Shown here: positions 13,583 through 27,258 of the stretch, in pieces
How the letters are laid out: every line of letters starts with the position of its first letter
Numbering within the stretch: the first letter of the stretch is position 1
Source: the human T2T-CHM13v2.0 reference genome, Homo sapiens
Length of the DNA: 64,000 nt
Assembly (NCBI RefSeq): GCF_009914755.1
Contig: NC_060936.1
Reading direction: 5' to 3' (one strand)
Position numbers and translations under genes: made by a program
Notes under the pieces: generated by a model
What the model was told of the DNA's origin: nothing
Seen by the model: only the letters and a program-made list of their open reading frames with translations
Databases searched by the model: none

Positions 13583-14199
13583 TAAGTAATTTCTTATCTC
13601 AAAAATCTTACTCTAAGTCTTTCTGTCTAATTTAACTTAAAAATAATTCTTATTAGCTTCTATGTAAAACAATAAAATTTACTGTACTTAAAAGCTTTTG
13701 CTGAATAATCATTGCATTGTCAGTAGTAAACCAGAAATGCCTCCTGAGTAAATACTAGTCTTTTTTAAAAATTCTGTTTCGGCCAATTGCTTACAGGATG
13801 GTCAAATTTTATATGTTTGATTTAAATGAAACAATTTTTTTATTATTTAATTGACGGTTGTCAAGGAATGTTAGAATTGAGTGCTGAAAACATATTCTTA
13901 AAAAAAAAAGAAATTCTACAGTAATTAAAAATTTTACTTGGAAGTAGTTATATATTTTAAAATCAAATTAAGAAGGTGGTATTTACCTCTTTTTTCATCA
14001 CCCACATTGATTAGAATGATCTTCTTATCTACTTGAGAGTCTTGTTTTTCTCTCTGGGACTCTCCTAGTAGAGACGATGCATTCCTTTTATTAGAGTACA
14101 AAAATAGTTTTACAAAATTAAATCCTTTTAATTAAAATTCTAAAATAATCCTTTTCAAAAAACTTCTATATTTTAAAAAAGTTCTAACTAATCTCATGA

Positions 14200-14511
<312 letters not shown>

Positions 14512-17500
14512 CAATTTATATTAATTTGTTCATTAAACATTTGATTGTAAATTGAAATAGTCTTGTACTCAGAGTAAAAATAAAACTATTAATTACCAGT
14601 GAGAAAAAGGCTAAGTCATAATATATACAGTTTTAAGTAATAGATTACATTCATTAGCAGTAAAACTGCATTGTATATATTGCTGGGGAAGAAGAGTCTT
14701 TTTTCTTCTCAGTGAAGTTAAGGATTTCACTTAGCAAACCTGAACGAATTGATTACTTCCAGCAAATTTGTTACAGCCTAAGACTTCAAATATTAAAATT
14801 CCTTCCAACTTTTAAGACTTACTTTGAGCAAAGAAATAGATAAAGTGCATTTCTCTTTTACATAACTCTACTCCTCCACTTATAAAATCACAGAACCATG
14901 TGGGAGGATAGAAAGGAACATATCATAACTTTGAGCTATCTCACACACAGTAAAAAAGTGTGTTCTGTTAATAAATCATTCAATTAGAGTTTCTTGAATG
15001 ACTTTAATTTCTTTTTTAATCTCCTTCATAGTGCTTCACCTAATATTCTATAATTAACTTTGGTTTACATCTTCAGTAAATAGCTAATGACCACAAAAAT
15101 AGCACACCATACAAACCTGCATTTGGTCTTAATTCAATAATTCTGTGCTAGAACAAATGTCCTCATATGTAGATACTCTGTATATACCTTCACTTGAGAG
15201 TGAAATCCCAAAGAAAGACCTTGTGCTAAATAAAGTTTGTTTATTATGATTAAAAGCTACTTGTAAAAATGACAGCATATTTCAGCCCCAAGTTTTTTAA
15301 AAGCTGAATTGCACAAGCATCATTAACTAATAAACTTGGTCAAAGGAATCTCGAAGCTGTTGCAAGAGTGTTCCAAGAAGACATGGCAAATTACATGTGA
15401 AAGTAGGTACATAATTTAATATTATTGTAGATGTATAATACCAAAATGCAGCTGTCACGTTATTTTTGTTACCCAAAAGCACTGTCTATTTTTCAAAGCT
15501 AAGAATTATTATATCTTCCTAATTTTCAATTGATAAAAGTTTAAATGACCCAATGCTCCATTTTTCTTAAATAAAGTGATTAGAGAATTTTTGAATTACA
15601 TATTTCTTCAAATTAGCTGAAATCACCTTAATAAGACAAAACATTACTCATTTATTGTTTTTTATTTGTAAAGTCTGTAGTAGGATGTTTCTCCTCTGGA
15701 GATTTTGTGGGAAAAAACAATAATAAAACCTTAGGATAGAATAAAGTCTGCATATTTGATCTCCTGGTATAATTACTAAATTTTATAAATTTCACATACC
15801 ATACCCCCCACAAAAAGAGCTCCTTGGGGCTCAGTATATATTTTTTGTGAAAGAAAGAAAGTTACAGTTTCACCATTGTTATCTTTTTTTTTTTTACCGA
15901 CTTTCTTAGTAACTTCATTTATATAGTTATGTTACTACTTGTCTTTTGTGACTGTGTTACTTAGTAGGGAGAGCGTTGCAAACTTGAGAGTTGTTATAAA
16001 ACTTTTTTCCAGATTAAAAAAAAACTTCTTTGCAGAATGTTCCATTTTTTGAATTTTAAGAAATGCATATGTACTATATGTACGAAGAAAAATAACCATA
16101 TTTGAGTGAGGAGGCATTAGGGATAGTTGCCTTTTTATAGGCTTGTGGGAAGTCTTAAGAAAAATAGGGCATTTGAATAGAAAGTTTCAGATCTCCTTGG
16201 TCCAAATCCCTCTTGAGTATTAGCTGTTGGTATCAATTTATGTCCCATACAGGATTTTTGTTCAAAAGCTTGACTCTCCTCTACTAACCACCTCATGCCT
16301 AAAAGCCCTAGTTTTAGGATTGAACCTATTCTTGTCTCTTCAAAAGTCATAAAGTTTGACTTTTCCTATTGGTAGCTCACTTGAAGACAAAATAACAATA
16401 AACTCAAGAAGCACTGGTTTAGTGAAACAACGTATCACTGACCTTTATCTATGCTGAGTCAGCTCCAAATACCACTTTGAGCACAAAATCCAGGGCTATT
16501 TTATTAGTTGCAAAGACCAGTTTACTCAAATTAAGGATATGGCAGATTTAACATTGTAGAAATTTTGAAGGGGCACATACCAAATGTGTGTACATGTGCC
16601 AAGTGTGCACATACACATAACTAGCTGAAAAATACTCTGAACAGTACTACAGTACTAATATTATTTTAATATTTTGTTATATTCACCTTACATTTCTGAC
16701 TTAGTTATCCCAAAGATTTTAAGTCCAGCTTAGTTACTGAATTTTCTTAAAGAAATACCTTCAGAAGCTGTCAGCAATCCTGGTTTTCAATATTTACAAA
16801 ATCAAATAGAAATCGTTTATTTTTTATACATGAGTTTAATATTTCACAATACACCTCTGTGACTACTTCTTACATGTAAGAATAAAGAACATTTTAGCTT
16901 AATTCAAATTATATAAAACAAGCGTAAGTATTTATTCCAATGAAAGAGCATCGCTTTTAAATGTGGGTTTCCAAGGAGCGGCTAGGGCAATGAGAATCAA
17001 TATTCATAGTTTGAATGTTATCTAGGATGCTTACTTGCTCATAAGACAAATTTGAGTACTTATCACTTTTTGGTGTTAAGGTCATTAATCTCTCTTTATA
17101 TAAACATATTGCCTCAGAAATACTTTAAAATAACATGAGCTATTTAGGAATAGGAAATAAGGGTAATTATGTGCTAGAATTCAGCCTCTTAGTGTTCATC
17201 TTAAATGACAAGTATACTCATAATAGTTCCTAAGATAGTAACTAGCAGATAGATAGAATCAAATATGTGTAGAGAGAATAAATAATTAATATACAGAAAG
17301 TTTGATTTCCTAGGATATGGGAAGAAAAAGCCTAAACTTTTTATTGTATCACAGACATTCAGTTCATTTAACAGCTGAAGTTTTATAGATGATTATTAAA
17401 TAAAACATAGGTAGTGCTCATATTTGGAATGTTACCAAACTGAGAAAAACACCTGGTGTGTACAACCTTAAATGGATAATTCCTGTGCTCATGTTATAAG

Positions 17501-17738
17501 CATTGTAATTCCCAGTGTGGCCTTTTCTTAGAGCACAACCCTTCTCTCCACACTACCCACCTTATGGTCCGTGCCTTTCATTTCTCTTTCTCTTGGTATG
17601 GTAACCTTTCTTCTTACCCTTTTTGATATCTAGAACTCTCAAATAAAAATTCATTTTTTACTGCACTTACTTATTAAATTCCCACCCTTCTTTCTATTAT
17701 TTAATGCTTTTTCTCTCTTTTCTTTTTCATTTTCTCTA

Positions 17739-18067
17739 CATAGCACCATTTAACAAATTTATCACGTAGGCCACAGAAGAGTTTTAAATTTTCTACTAGC
17801 CACACTAAGAAAATATGCAAAGAAACACATGGAAATAAATTCTAATACTACAGTTTCTTTAACTCAATATACCTCAAATATTATCATTTTAACATGTAAT
17901 CAAAATAAAGAAAATCATTGAGATGTTTCACATTATTTAATATGACAAGTCTTGAAAATCTAGTGTGTATTTTACATTTATAGCATATCTTAATTAAAAG
18001 TAGCCTCATTGCAAGTGATTAGTAGCTGCTTGTATTCACTAACCGCTATACTAGACAGCATAGCTCT
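17739..18067. mobile_element. MER33 hAT-Charlie element
   Basis: ttttaaattttctactagccacac...aaagaaacac...aatattatcattttaacatgtaatcaa...aaatctagtgtgtattttaca...tactagacagcatag. Confidence 0.75.
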
Positions 18068-18585
18068 ATATCATTAAACACAAACTGATCAAAATTGTGG
18101 TCTTGCCACGTATAATGGTAAAACGAGTAGTTCACAGCTCTTAGAAAGTGTGACGGTTATTAGAAACTCTAACGTCCTTTAAAAAACAGCAGAGATTTAA
18201 TCTTAACTGATAATTCTACTACAATATTATATTATGAAAATAATTTGACCTAGAATTCTGGAACTAACAATAAGCCAGCATTCAAGGACAATGTAAAAAT
18301 AGACATTCTCAGAAATAAAAACATTTTATGTCCATAAATTATCTCTCTAAAAAATTATGTGAAGATGTACTTCAACAAAATAAACAATGAAGCCCTATGG
18401 AATATAGATCAATGGTTAACATAATTACTTAAAAAGCTCTAAAATATAGTAAAAAAAAAAAAGAAAATAAATTAGTAGAGGCTCCTTTATCTATCTCTGC
18501 TTGCTTGACTTGCTGTATTAACACTCTTTATTTCCTTTACAAAACAGAATGATTAAGGCCCAGAATTCATTGTTTGTTCTAGAAG

Positions 18586-19782
18586 AGTAGTTATCAAACA
18601 TTTTGGTCTCAGAATCCTTTAAACTCACAAATTGTTGAGTACCCCAAAAAGAATTTGTGTGGACTTTGTCTATCAATATTTACCATGTTGGAAATTATAA
18701 TTGAGAAATTTTTTAAATATGCATTTATTATTTGAATTAAAAATGATAAACTTATTACACGTAAATACACATAAAATATTTTTATTATAAATACTATATA
18801 TTGCAAAACAAAAATAATTTGCGAGGAATGTAGCACTGTTATGTGTTTAGAAATCTTTTAAATGTCTGGTTTAATTAAGACCATTGACTGCTCTTCCATT
18901 CAGTCTGTTGCACTATGATGATTGAGTGGAAGTATATAAAGAAAATTTGGCCTCACACAAATATGGTTTGCGGAAAAGATAAATATCTTAGTAGTCTTTT
19001 CAGATAATTGTGAACATCTTTCTTTGATACTACACCAAAATCAACAAGTAATAGTCTTTTAAAATTTAGATACAATGTGGAATATAAAAAAAATCAATAC
19101 TTTTCACACTAGGCTATTTAGAGTCCATTGGTCTGTCTTGCCCTATTGATAAACCTTTTTTTACCCGTGCAAGATTTGAAGCATCATGGATTGTCATTTA
19201 GACAAATATGTCCATTGGATTCTGCAGATCTTCCAAATGTTGCCATACTTTACCATAAAATATCAAAAAGTTCATTTTTTAATATTAGCATTTTTCTCAT
19301 GAGAAAAGTCTATAAGTATTGGTTAGCCAGCAAGCTCATAGTGGAAAATATAAATTTTACAAAATCCTTATTTCTGAAGTTGTTTTCCTTAAAGTGACAA
19401 GCTTAGCTTGTTCATTTTTGACTGCCAAACACCTGTCTGAATAACCACAGTTTGCCTGTAATTCTCTCATGTAATAAAATTGTTTCATGAAAAAAGTTAC
19501 TTCTTTATTTTGCCACTCAAGCAAGTACAAGAGGGCTTTTCCTGAAGACAACTTCTATATTATAGTATGCAGAAGTGCTTTAACTGTTTTTCCTATATGT
19601 TCATATAGAAAATTAAAGACACATGTATTTAAGGATTTAGATCTAACAAAATTAATAATTTTTACCATTTTATCAAGGATATTTTTAAGTGACACTGATT
19701 TTTATTTCCTACAAGTGCATGTACACCCTGGAAGTGTCTCTTGTAGCTCCAGGGTTTTGTAGACAACATTTTGATAACTACT
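18586..19782. mobile_element. Charlie1-type hAT DNA transposon (non-autonomous)
   Basis: Begins tagttatcaaacattttggtctcagaatccttta... like Charlie1 and ends ...acattttgataactact, a degenerate TIR. Confidence 0.8.
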
Positions 19783-19859
19783 TCTCTAGCATAATAGTTT
19801 ACTATAAAGTATATTATGCCCACGCACTTTTGCTTCTGTAAGTTGAGTTGTAAACGTAC

Positions 19860-20400
19860 CTAGAGTCAGTTGTGTTTATTCCTGAACCTTTTTATGCCAG
19901 TTCTATTGTTATTTTATTTAGGTAAGTAAATGAAGTATTTACAGAGTGATGAAGTATGAGTGAAGAAAGAAAGTCAGTGTTTCTATGAAAATGAAGTTAA
20001 AATTTTTAAAAGATAATTAATAAAGGAGAGCCATTAAAATCTATTGTTGCTGAATTCAATGTAGAGGAAACAACTTAGACTAGAAAAATAATTATAAAAA
20101 TCTAAAATGATTTTCCATTCAAGTTTTTCTTTGACTCTAAGAATTTGCTACACATTTAAGAAAGTACAATAGGCAATTAAAGATAATTACTTATAGATTT
20201 GTTTTATATCAGAAAGATGACACAAAATTGTTATCAACTGACCCTTCATCCAATAGCAAAGACTTGATGCTAATATCAGAACTTTGGCTAGTGAGAGGCT
20301 ACGTAGTTACGTTTAGTTTAAAAATAAACTATTTTTAAGATATCTGTCTTCTTTATAATTCCCAACTTTAACTTTTTTAATCAACTAATCTACTACTTTT
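19860..20400 (+). mobile_element. Ancient Tigger (TcMar-pogo) element with decayed transposase N-terminus
   Basis: Decayed translation ...VSMKMKL...KGEPLKSIVAEFNVEETT and DNYL*ICFISER*HKIVIN*PFIQ resembles Tigger psq-HTH and CENP-B-type HTH domains. Confidence 0.6.
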
Positions 20401-21235
20401 TATATTTCATCAAGTAAGTGATAAAAGAATCTGGAGCTAATATTTGAAGTGATCTCTACTTGAGCAGTTGTAAGGTTCTAAGAGAGAACTGAATTGAAGT
20501 CATATAAAGCTCTAAATTTTATTTGAGTGTCTGTCACATAGTAATTAAATTGAGATTGCAATAGAAAAGCTTTAAGATATGTTTCCTTTTCTTTAAAAAA
20601 GGTGACCACCAGAAAGTAAAAATATGTTTATGAATGTCAAGGCTCTAAAGATAAATAGAGAAAGAAGAGACTCAAAAATGGCTCAAATAAACCCAACAAA
20701 TGAAAGGAAATAATTCTAAAAGAAACAATATAGTTAATATAAACCAAAAATAATATAGCAGAAGGCATTACTATAACTTGGATAGCTGAGACTTCTCTGA
20801 TTAAAAGTCAAAGACTCAAAAATGAATTAAAAGGAATTTATAGGCTAGAGACATGACTAAAATAAGATAGTCTCATTCATAACAGAAATACGTGTGTTAC
20901 CTATTTATTTCAGCCCTCAAAGAAAGTATAATAAGCTCTTGGTAATTGTTTTTCCAGAAAAAGGGAAAGGGAAGAATTTTTCTTATCTCTTTTATTTTGT
21001 AGAGTTGAGTAAAATTTGGATGTATCCCATGAGAATATATTCCTATAAAGTAATTTGAAAAAAATCATAGAGGAAAAAGACTGTTTCAACATCTGTTATT
21101 ACCCCAAATCTGATAATTATGGTGCCAGATTCCACCATATACACACACATACAGACACACACACACACACGAGGACATACACAATGAAGCAAAGGTAAGG
21201 AAAGAACTAAGACCTAGTTTTTGAAAGCAGTAAAA

Positions 21236-22218
21236 TTGGCAGATGTAGCAAATAAAAATATAGAATATCCAGTTTTATTTCAAAGTCATAAATATTTTTA
21301 GTATATGTTTCATGTAGTATTTTATATGTAGTTATATGAAAGGTGTATATATATACACACTCATATACACACACACCTAAACAGTATTAAGGTATTATAT
21401 CTATGTATCTATCTATATCTATATATCTCTATCTATATAGATAGACACACACATATATACACCTATATGGTATAAAGGGGTGTGTGTGTGTGTGTGTGTG
21501 TGCATGAAAATACACAAAGAAACAGGTGAAAATAAATTTTAATACTACAGTATATGTGTACATACATGTATACACACACGTTTAGTGTAAATATGTATCA
21601 AATACTACATGAAATATATACTAAAAATATTCACTCATTGTTTCTCTGTAATTTATAGATACTAGATGTATTAGTCAGGGTTCTCTAGAGAGACAGAACT
21701 AATAGGACAGATGTGTATATATAAAGGGGAGTTTATTAAGGAGTATTGACTTACACTGTCACAAGGTGAGATCTCACAATAGGCCATCTGCAAGCTAAAG
21801 AGCAAGAAAGCCAGTCCGAGTCCCAAAAACCTCAAAAGTAGGGAAGCCGACAATGCAGCCTTCAGTCTGTGGATGAAAGTCCAAGAGTCCCAAAGCTGAA
21901 GAACTTGGAATCTGATGTTTGAGAGCAGGAAGCATCCAGCATGGGAGAAAGATGTAGGCTGCGAGGCTAAGCCAGTCTAGTCCTTCCACGTTTCTCTGCC
22001 TGCTTTTATTCTAGCCATGCTGGCAGCTGTTTAGATTGTGCCCACCCAGATTAAGGATGAGTCTGCCTTGCCCAATCCACAGACTCAAATGTTAATCATT
22101 TGGCAACACACTCACAAACACACCCAGGAACAATGCTTTGCATCCTCCGATCCAATCAAGTTGACACTCAATATTAACCAACACACTAGACATCAAGTAT
22201 ATTATCTGGCAATTCTAG
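21236..22218. mobile_element. MER53 hAT MITE split by microsatellites and by an MLT2 LTR
   Basis: Left end ttggcagatgtagcaaataaaaatatagaatatccagtt, right end tattatctggcaattcta. Internal inverted arms at 21301-21322 and 21600-21621. Confidence 0.7.
21667..22185 (-). mobile_element. MLT2A2-like ERVL solo LTR
   Basis: tgtattagtcagggttctctagag...ttaaccaacaca with TG..CA ends and a perfect 5-bp TSD ctaga. Confidence 0.9.
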
Positions 22219-23755
22219 GAAGAAGTATACACACAGGTGGATAAAATAAAGAAAGTCAGTTTAAGTAAGCACGCAGTAGCCATGTATGAGGCTGAAGTCA
22301 TTGCACTGGTGTCCAGAGTGCAGTATCAAGACTTCAACATACAGAGAAAAGGAATCTTTGAAAGCAAGATGGGTCACTATTCTTAAGTCACCTCCCATAG
22401 CAGGAACAGGGAAACAGAGCTCTTAGCATGGAAAAAAGAGTTGAGTAGAGGGAGATGAAAGGACAGGAACTTGATTACATGTGATAGATTGTGAGGCTGG
22501 CCCTTGAAGCAAACCTTTGGGAAGGAGGAAGGAGAAATCAGTAGTTCCAAGAACAAGTGAAGAAAAGCAGTGGCCATGACTTTTGTCTAGATTGGCTGTG
22601 AAAACAACTCAGCGAACAGTGTAAGAGCCCTATGGATACCCCAGGGACAAGAATCTAGATTAGACTAACAGTTGGGATAGGAATAGGCACTGAACATATG
22701 TCATGAACATACTAACATTCACCATTTTGGCTAGCAGATAGGTACTAAGTTTTTTAAGTATTAAAAACAACGTTAAAATAGAAACATTTAAAAAGAATTT
22801 ACTATATAGTATAGTAAATTCTATATAATTATTCTACATAATTCTATACATTTTTGTTAATTCATTTTACAGATTAATGGTCTATTTGTCTGGCATTGTT
22901 GGCAACAAGCTATGCCAACTATTTACTGAATTTTCCATATAAGTAAAATTATCATCTTAAGGATTACAAGTATCTAATATACTTTTTTCCTCCTGAAATC
23001 CTTCATATTTAAGGTCCTTTAAACAATGTGCATTAACATAACTCATCCTTTTCTCAATGACTAAAAGTCACCAGAGATACCAAAATTTAAAGCTGTAAAG
23101 GGACTTATATAGTAGAAGCCCTTCATTTCACAGAAGAATCAAATTGTATTTATAAGAAAAATGTTGCAAAATAGTAATTCATTGTGCTCTTCAGTTAATT
23201 TGTGCTTGATAAATATTTATAGGCAAAAAAAGAAAGAGAAAGGAAGGAAGACAAAGAAATATAACAGTGCCAGTAGAAATTTCTGAAATAGGTATAATTC
23301 TTTTGTTTATTCTGCTTGCTAACCCTTTGATGTAGACATTACTATTCCAACTCTAAAAGAGAAAATATTGGGTTTCAGATAGTTTTAGTTTAATTGGCCT
23401 TCCTAAGGTCATCGAGCTAGTAAATCTGTCTCTAAAGCTCGTGACATTTTCACCACATCCCAATGCTTTCTTGAGACAAGGTCTCCACACAGACATAATG
23501 GCATCAGTTAGACCACCCAGAAGCATGCTGTCATCAGCTTTGAACCCTGAGATGGCTGGGTAAAACTAACTTAGAATATGCAAAGTCTTATTTGTTAAAA
23601 TTTATTGTGATAATTCTAAAGGTGTCTAATCATTTAATCATTTTCTAACTTATTAATGCACATAAAAATTTCACATTTCATCATTTATATCTATATATCT
23701 ATATTTCCTGTCATATTATTCATTTATACACAAAAATATGTAATGCATATATATT

Positions 23756-23793
23756 CACACACACACACACACACACGCACACACACGCACACA
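23756..23793. repeat. (CA)n microsatellite
   Basis: Interrupted CA run about 115 nt upstream of the 23909 acceptor. Confidence 0.9.
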
Positions 23794-23908
23794 CTCAGTT
23801 TTTACCAAACTAAGTTCCAAAAATAAAAGAAAATGAAGTCAGAGAGGAAAACATGTATTTGGGAATATTATGGGAGGATATGATTGTGTTCATTTTTTCC
23901 TCCTTCAG

Positions 23909-24011
23909 CGACCACTGTTTGGGGAGCCACAAAATGTTTCAAAAAGATAAATCTGTTATTCAGCTCCACCTGCAGAAAAGTAGGGAAGCTCCAGGAAAGC
24001 TATCTCGAAAG
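23909..24011 (+). CDS. PIK3C2G: PIK3C2G internal coding exon (103 nt, phase 2->0): DHCLGSHKMFQKDKSVIQLHLQKSREAPGKLSRK
   Basis: Acceptor ttttttcctccttcag|C, donor AAG|gtaaga. AA|C completes the Asn begun in the previous exon. Confidence 0.95.
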
Positions 24012-24231
24012 GTAAGACTTTCTTAGCATTGGTTTCAATTGGCAAACTGACAGTTTTAAGGACAATATTTCTAATTTTTGAACTATTGCCAACTTGGAAT
24101 TATATAGCTTAATTAATACATGTTTATTTAAATATATTCATTGAAACATGATGAAATATCTTATCTAAATATAAATACCTGTTAATGATTTGAACTGATG
24201 CAATAACATGAACACATTACTGCAATCTTAG

Positions 24232-24631
24232 TGTTATGGACTGAATGTCTGTGTCCCCCCAAAATTCATAAGTTGAGGCCCTGGGTGATAGTATTAGGAA
24301 GTGAGGTCTTTGGGAGGTATTTAGGTTTAGATGAGGTCATAAAAGCAGAGCCCTTATGATGAGGTGGTAAGTGCCCTTATAAAAAGTGTTTAGAGCGTTC
24401 TCTCTGTCTTCTTCTTTCTCCCTCCCTCTCCCTCTCTTTCTATCACTCTCTCTTTCTCTTTCCTCTCACTAGGTTAGGACACAGCAAGAAGGAAGCTGTC
24501 TGCACACAGGAAAAGGGCTCTGACCCTGATTATAAACTTTGCAGCCTATAGAACGAAGAGAAATAAATGTATGTTGTTTAAGCCACCCGGTCTCTGGTAT
24601 TTTGTTATAGCAGCCCAGGCTGACTAATACA
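24232..24631 (+). mobile_element. MLT1A-type MaLR solo LTR
   Basis: tgttatggactgaatgtctgtgtccccccaaaattc...gttatagcagcccaggctgactaataca. TSD cttag/ctgag. Confidence 0.88.
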
Positions 24632-25836
24632 CTGAGTATAACAAATCTGTTGGTTTCTTTCAAAAATCATCTGTGAGACACTTATTAAGGTTATCGTATT
24701 TATACTTTTCACATATCTTCTTAGAAGTAAATGAAATAGAAAATGTAAAGGGGAATCACTGAAGGCAAAAAAATAACTTGTTTTCTGTGAAGACTGTTTA
24801 TGTCAACACAGCTTAAATTAGGACAGATAAACTTTCATAATATATATAATAAAGCTACCTAGAAAAGGATGACTGTGCTTTGACGATACAGTTTCATGCT
24901 GTTAGATGCGAATTTTATTCCCTGTGTCATGTTGTGAGTTACTTCCAATTCAAACTGCACAGTATGCAGTGAACTTTGGTATTATGGCAGTTTTTATCTG
25001 TAGAATCTTCAAATTACTTGCTTTAAGCAAAAATCCTCTCACCCTGTCATTTATATTAAGTAACAGATTTCCAGTGGATGTTTTCTTTTTTTTCTAGTAT
25101 GAAGTGTTTCATCATAAGAAAATTTCAGGTAGTACATTAGGTTGCAACATATCAATGTGGAACATAACATAATGAGGCCAAAAGACAGTTGTTTAGAAAT
25201 ATCTTTTGGATCTTGTGCTCAACTTAGCTGCTGTTGACAGCTCCAAGGCTATACATCTGAAATCTCCAGGAAAAAAAATGTTATAAAGTGCAACTGACCC
25301 TGTCAATATTAAACTTAAGATTCTTCAAATTGCCCTCAATGTTGAGAAAAAAAAAGCTGAAATCATCATAGTTCATTGGAGCATGGGGGAAGAAGATAAA
25401 ATGTATGATTCTAATTTGGATGCTGCTAAAATAATAACTTATCGGTAGTAATTAACAAATCACTAACATTTCAGACTCATGTAAATTAAGGTCTGTTTAA
25501 AAACTCTTGTAACTCTATTATTCTGATATAGGGCATACATACATGTCTGAGACTTTAACATTTCTATCACATTTAATCTTTTCAATAATTCTATAAGGTA
25601 AACACTATTAAAAATAAGGAAACGGAATCACAGGGAGGTATCAAGACTTTCCCAAGATTAAAATCATGAAACTGACGAGCAGAGAAGTACAGATTTGAGC
25701 ACAGTCAGTGGGTCTTCAGAGCCCATGCATTCCTACCAACTTAAATGGGAAATATACTCAGAATTTGCAGTATATTCTCAAAGGTTTTGGATGTGTGTTT
25801 CAAGGTAATTGGTCAAAAATTCTAGCTTCATGCATC

Positions 25837-25839
<3 letters not shown>

Positions 25840-25869
<30 letters not shown>
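25840..25869. repeat. (TG)n microsatellite
   Basis: Directly visible. Confidence 0.95.
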
Positions 25870-25872
<3 letters not shown>

Positions 25873-26593
25873 TTTTTTCCACAGCAATATCCATGTAGCT
25901 CAAAGTCTGGGGCATGATCGGTGATTAATAACTAACCATATTATATATGGTTATATATTATATTATGATGGTATATATTAGGTGCCAAGTGATGTTCTTA
26001 GTCCTTTAAATGAATTAATTGACAGTAACCCAAGAGCAAAGAAGTAATAAATACAACTATTTTTCTATCCTATAAAAATAAAAGAACTGAAAAGTTAAGA
26101 GATTATTTAAATCATCCAAAGTTGCACAGCTAGTAAATAAGGGTGATGAGATCAGAGCAAAACTATGTGGCTACAGATCACACTATATGGTAATGTCAGC
26201 AAGCGCAGTTACATAGTGTAGCTGACTCCGTCAATATTAAACTTAAGATTCTTCAAATTACCCTCAATGTTGAGAAAAAAAGGTGAGATAATCATATTGC
26301 TGTCATCACCGTTGTTGTCATGTCCAGGGACAAGCATATTGTTATCTCTGGGTGTATAATGTGTAGTTCTCATCAGAAATGCCAGTTTTTTAATATGCCA
26401 TTTGAATCACAGTGGGAATTAAGTTACATAGTTCTTTTTGATGCTTCATGGTTCAACTTACAAGCTTATCCATCCTACAGTAAATATCACCAATTCTTGG
26501 ATAATTCAGCAACTCATAGGCAAAGAGTATAAATGCCTTTTCTCATCCACAACTTTTGCTAATATTGATGCTGTTGTTTAAAATGGATAATAC

Positions 26594-26700
26594 TTGAACC
26601 CGAGAGGCAGCGGTTGCAGTGAGCTGAGATCGCGCTACTGCACTCCAGCCTGGGTGACAGAGCGAGACTCTGTCTCAAAATAATAATAATAATAATAAAA
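26594..26700 (+). mobile_element. Severely 5'-truncated Alu (end of right arm) with (AAT)n tail
   Basis: ttgaacccgagaggc...tctgtctcaaaataataat. TSD aatggataatac at 26582-26593 and 26702-26713. Confidence 0.92.
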
Positions 26701-26955
26701 TAATGGATAATACACCTGATGGCAAATGTATTTGTATATTTGTATATCCTCCATTTATGCAATAAGTATTTGCTATGTAACTGCTGTGTATTAGGCCCTA
26801 CACTAATGCGTAGAGTAGTGAGCAATAGCAATAAGATCTCAGCCCTCAGGGATTCAGGGGATGCAACTGACACTGATTTCCAATTAAAAAGCAGGGGTAA
26901 CTTCCATGCAGAATATGAAAAAGGCATTCCGTATCCCCATCTCTCTAAGTCTTGA

Positions 26956-27258
<303 letters not shown>

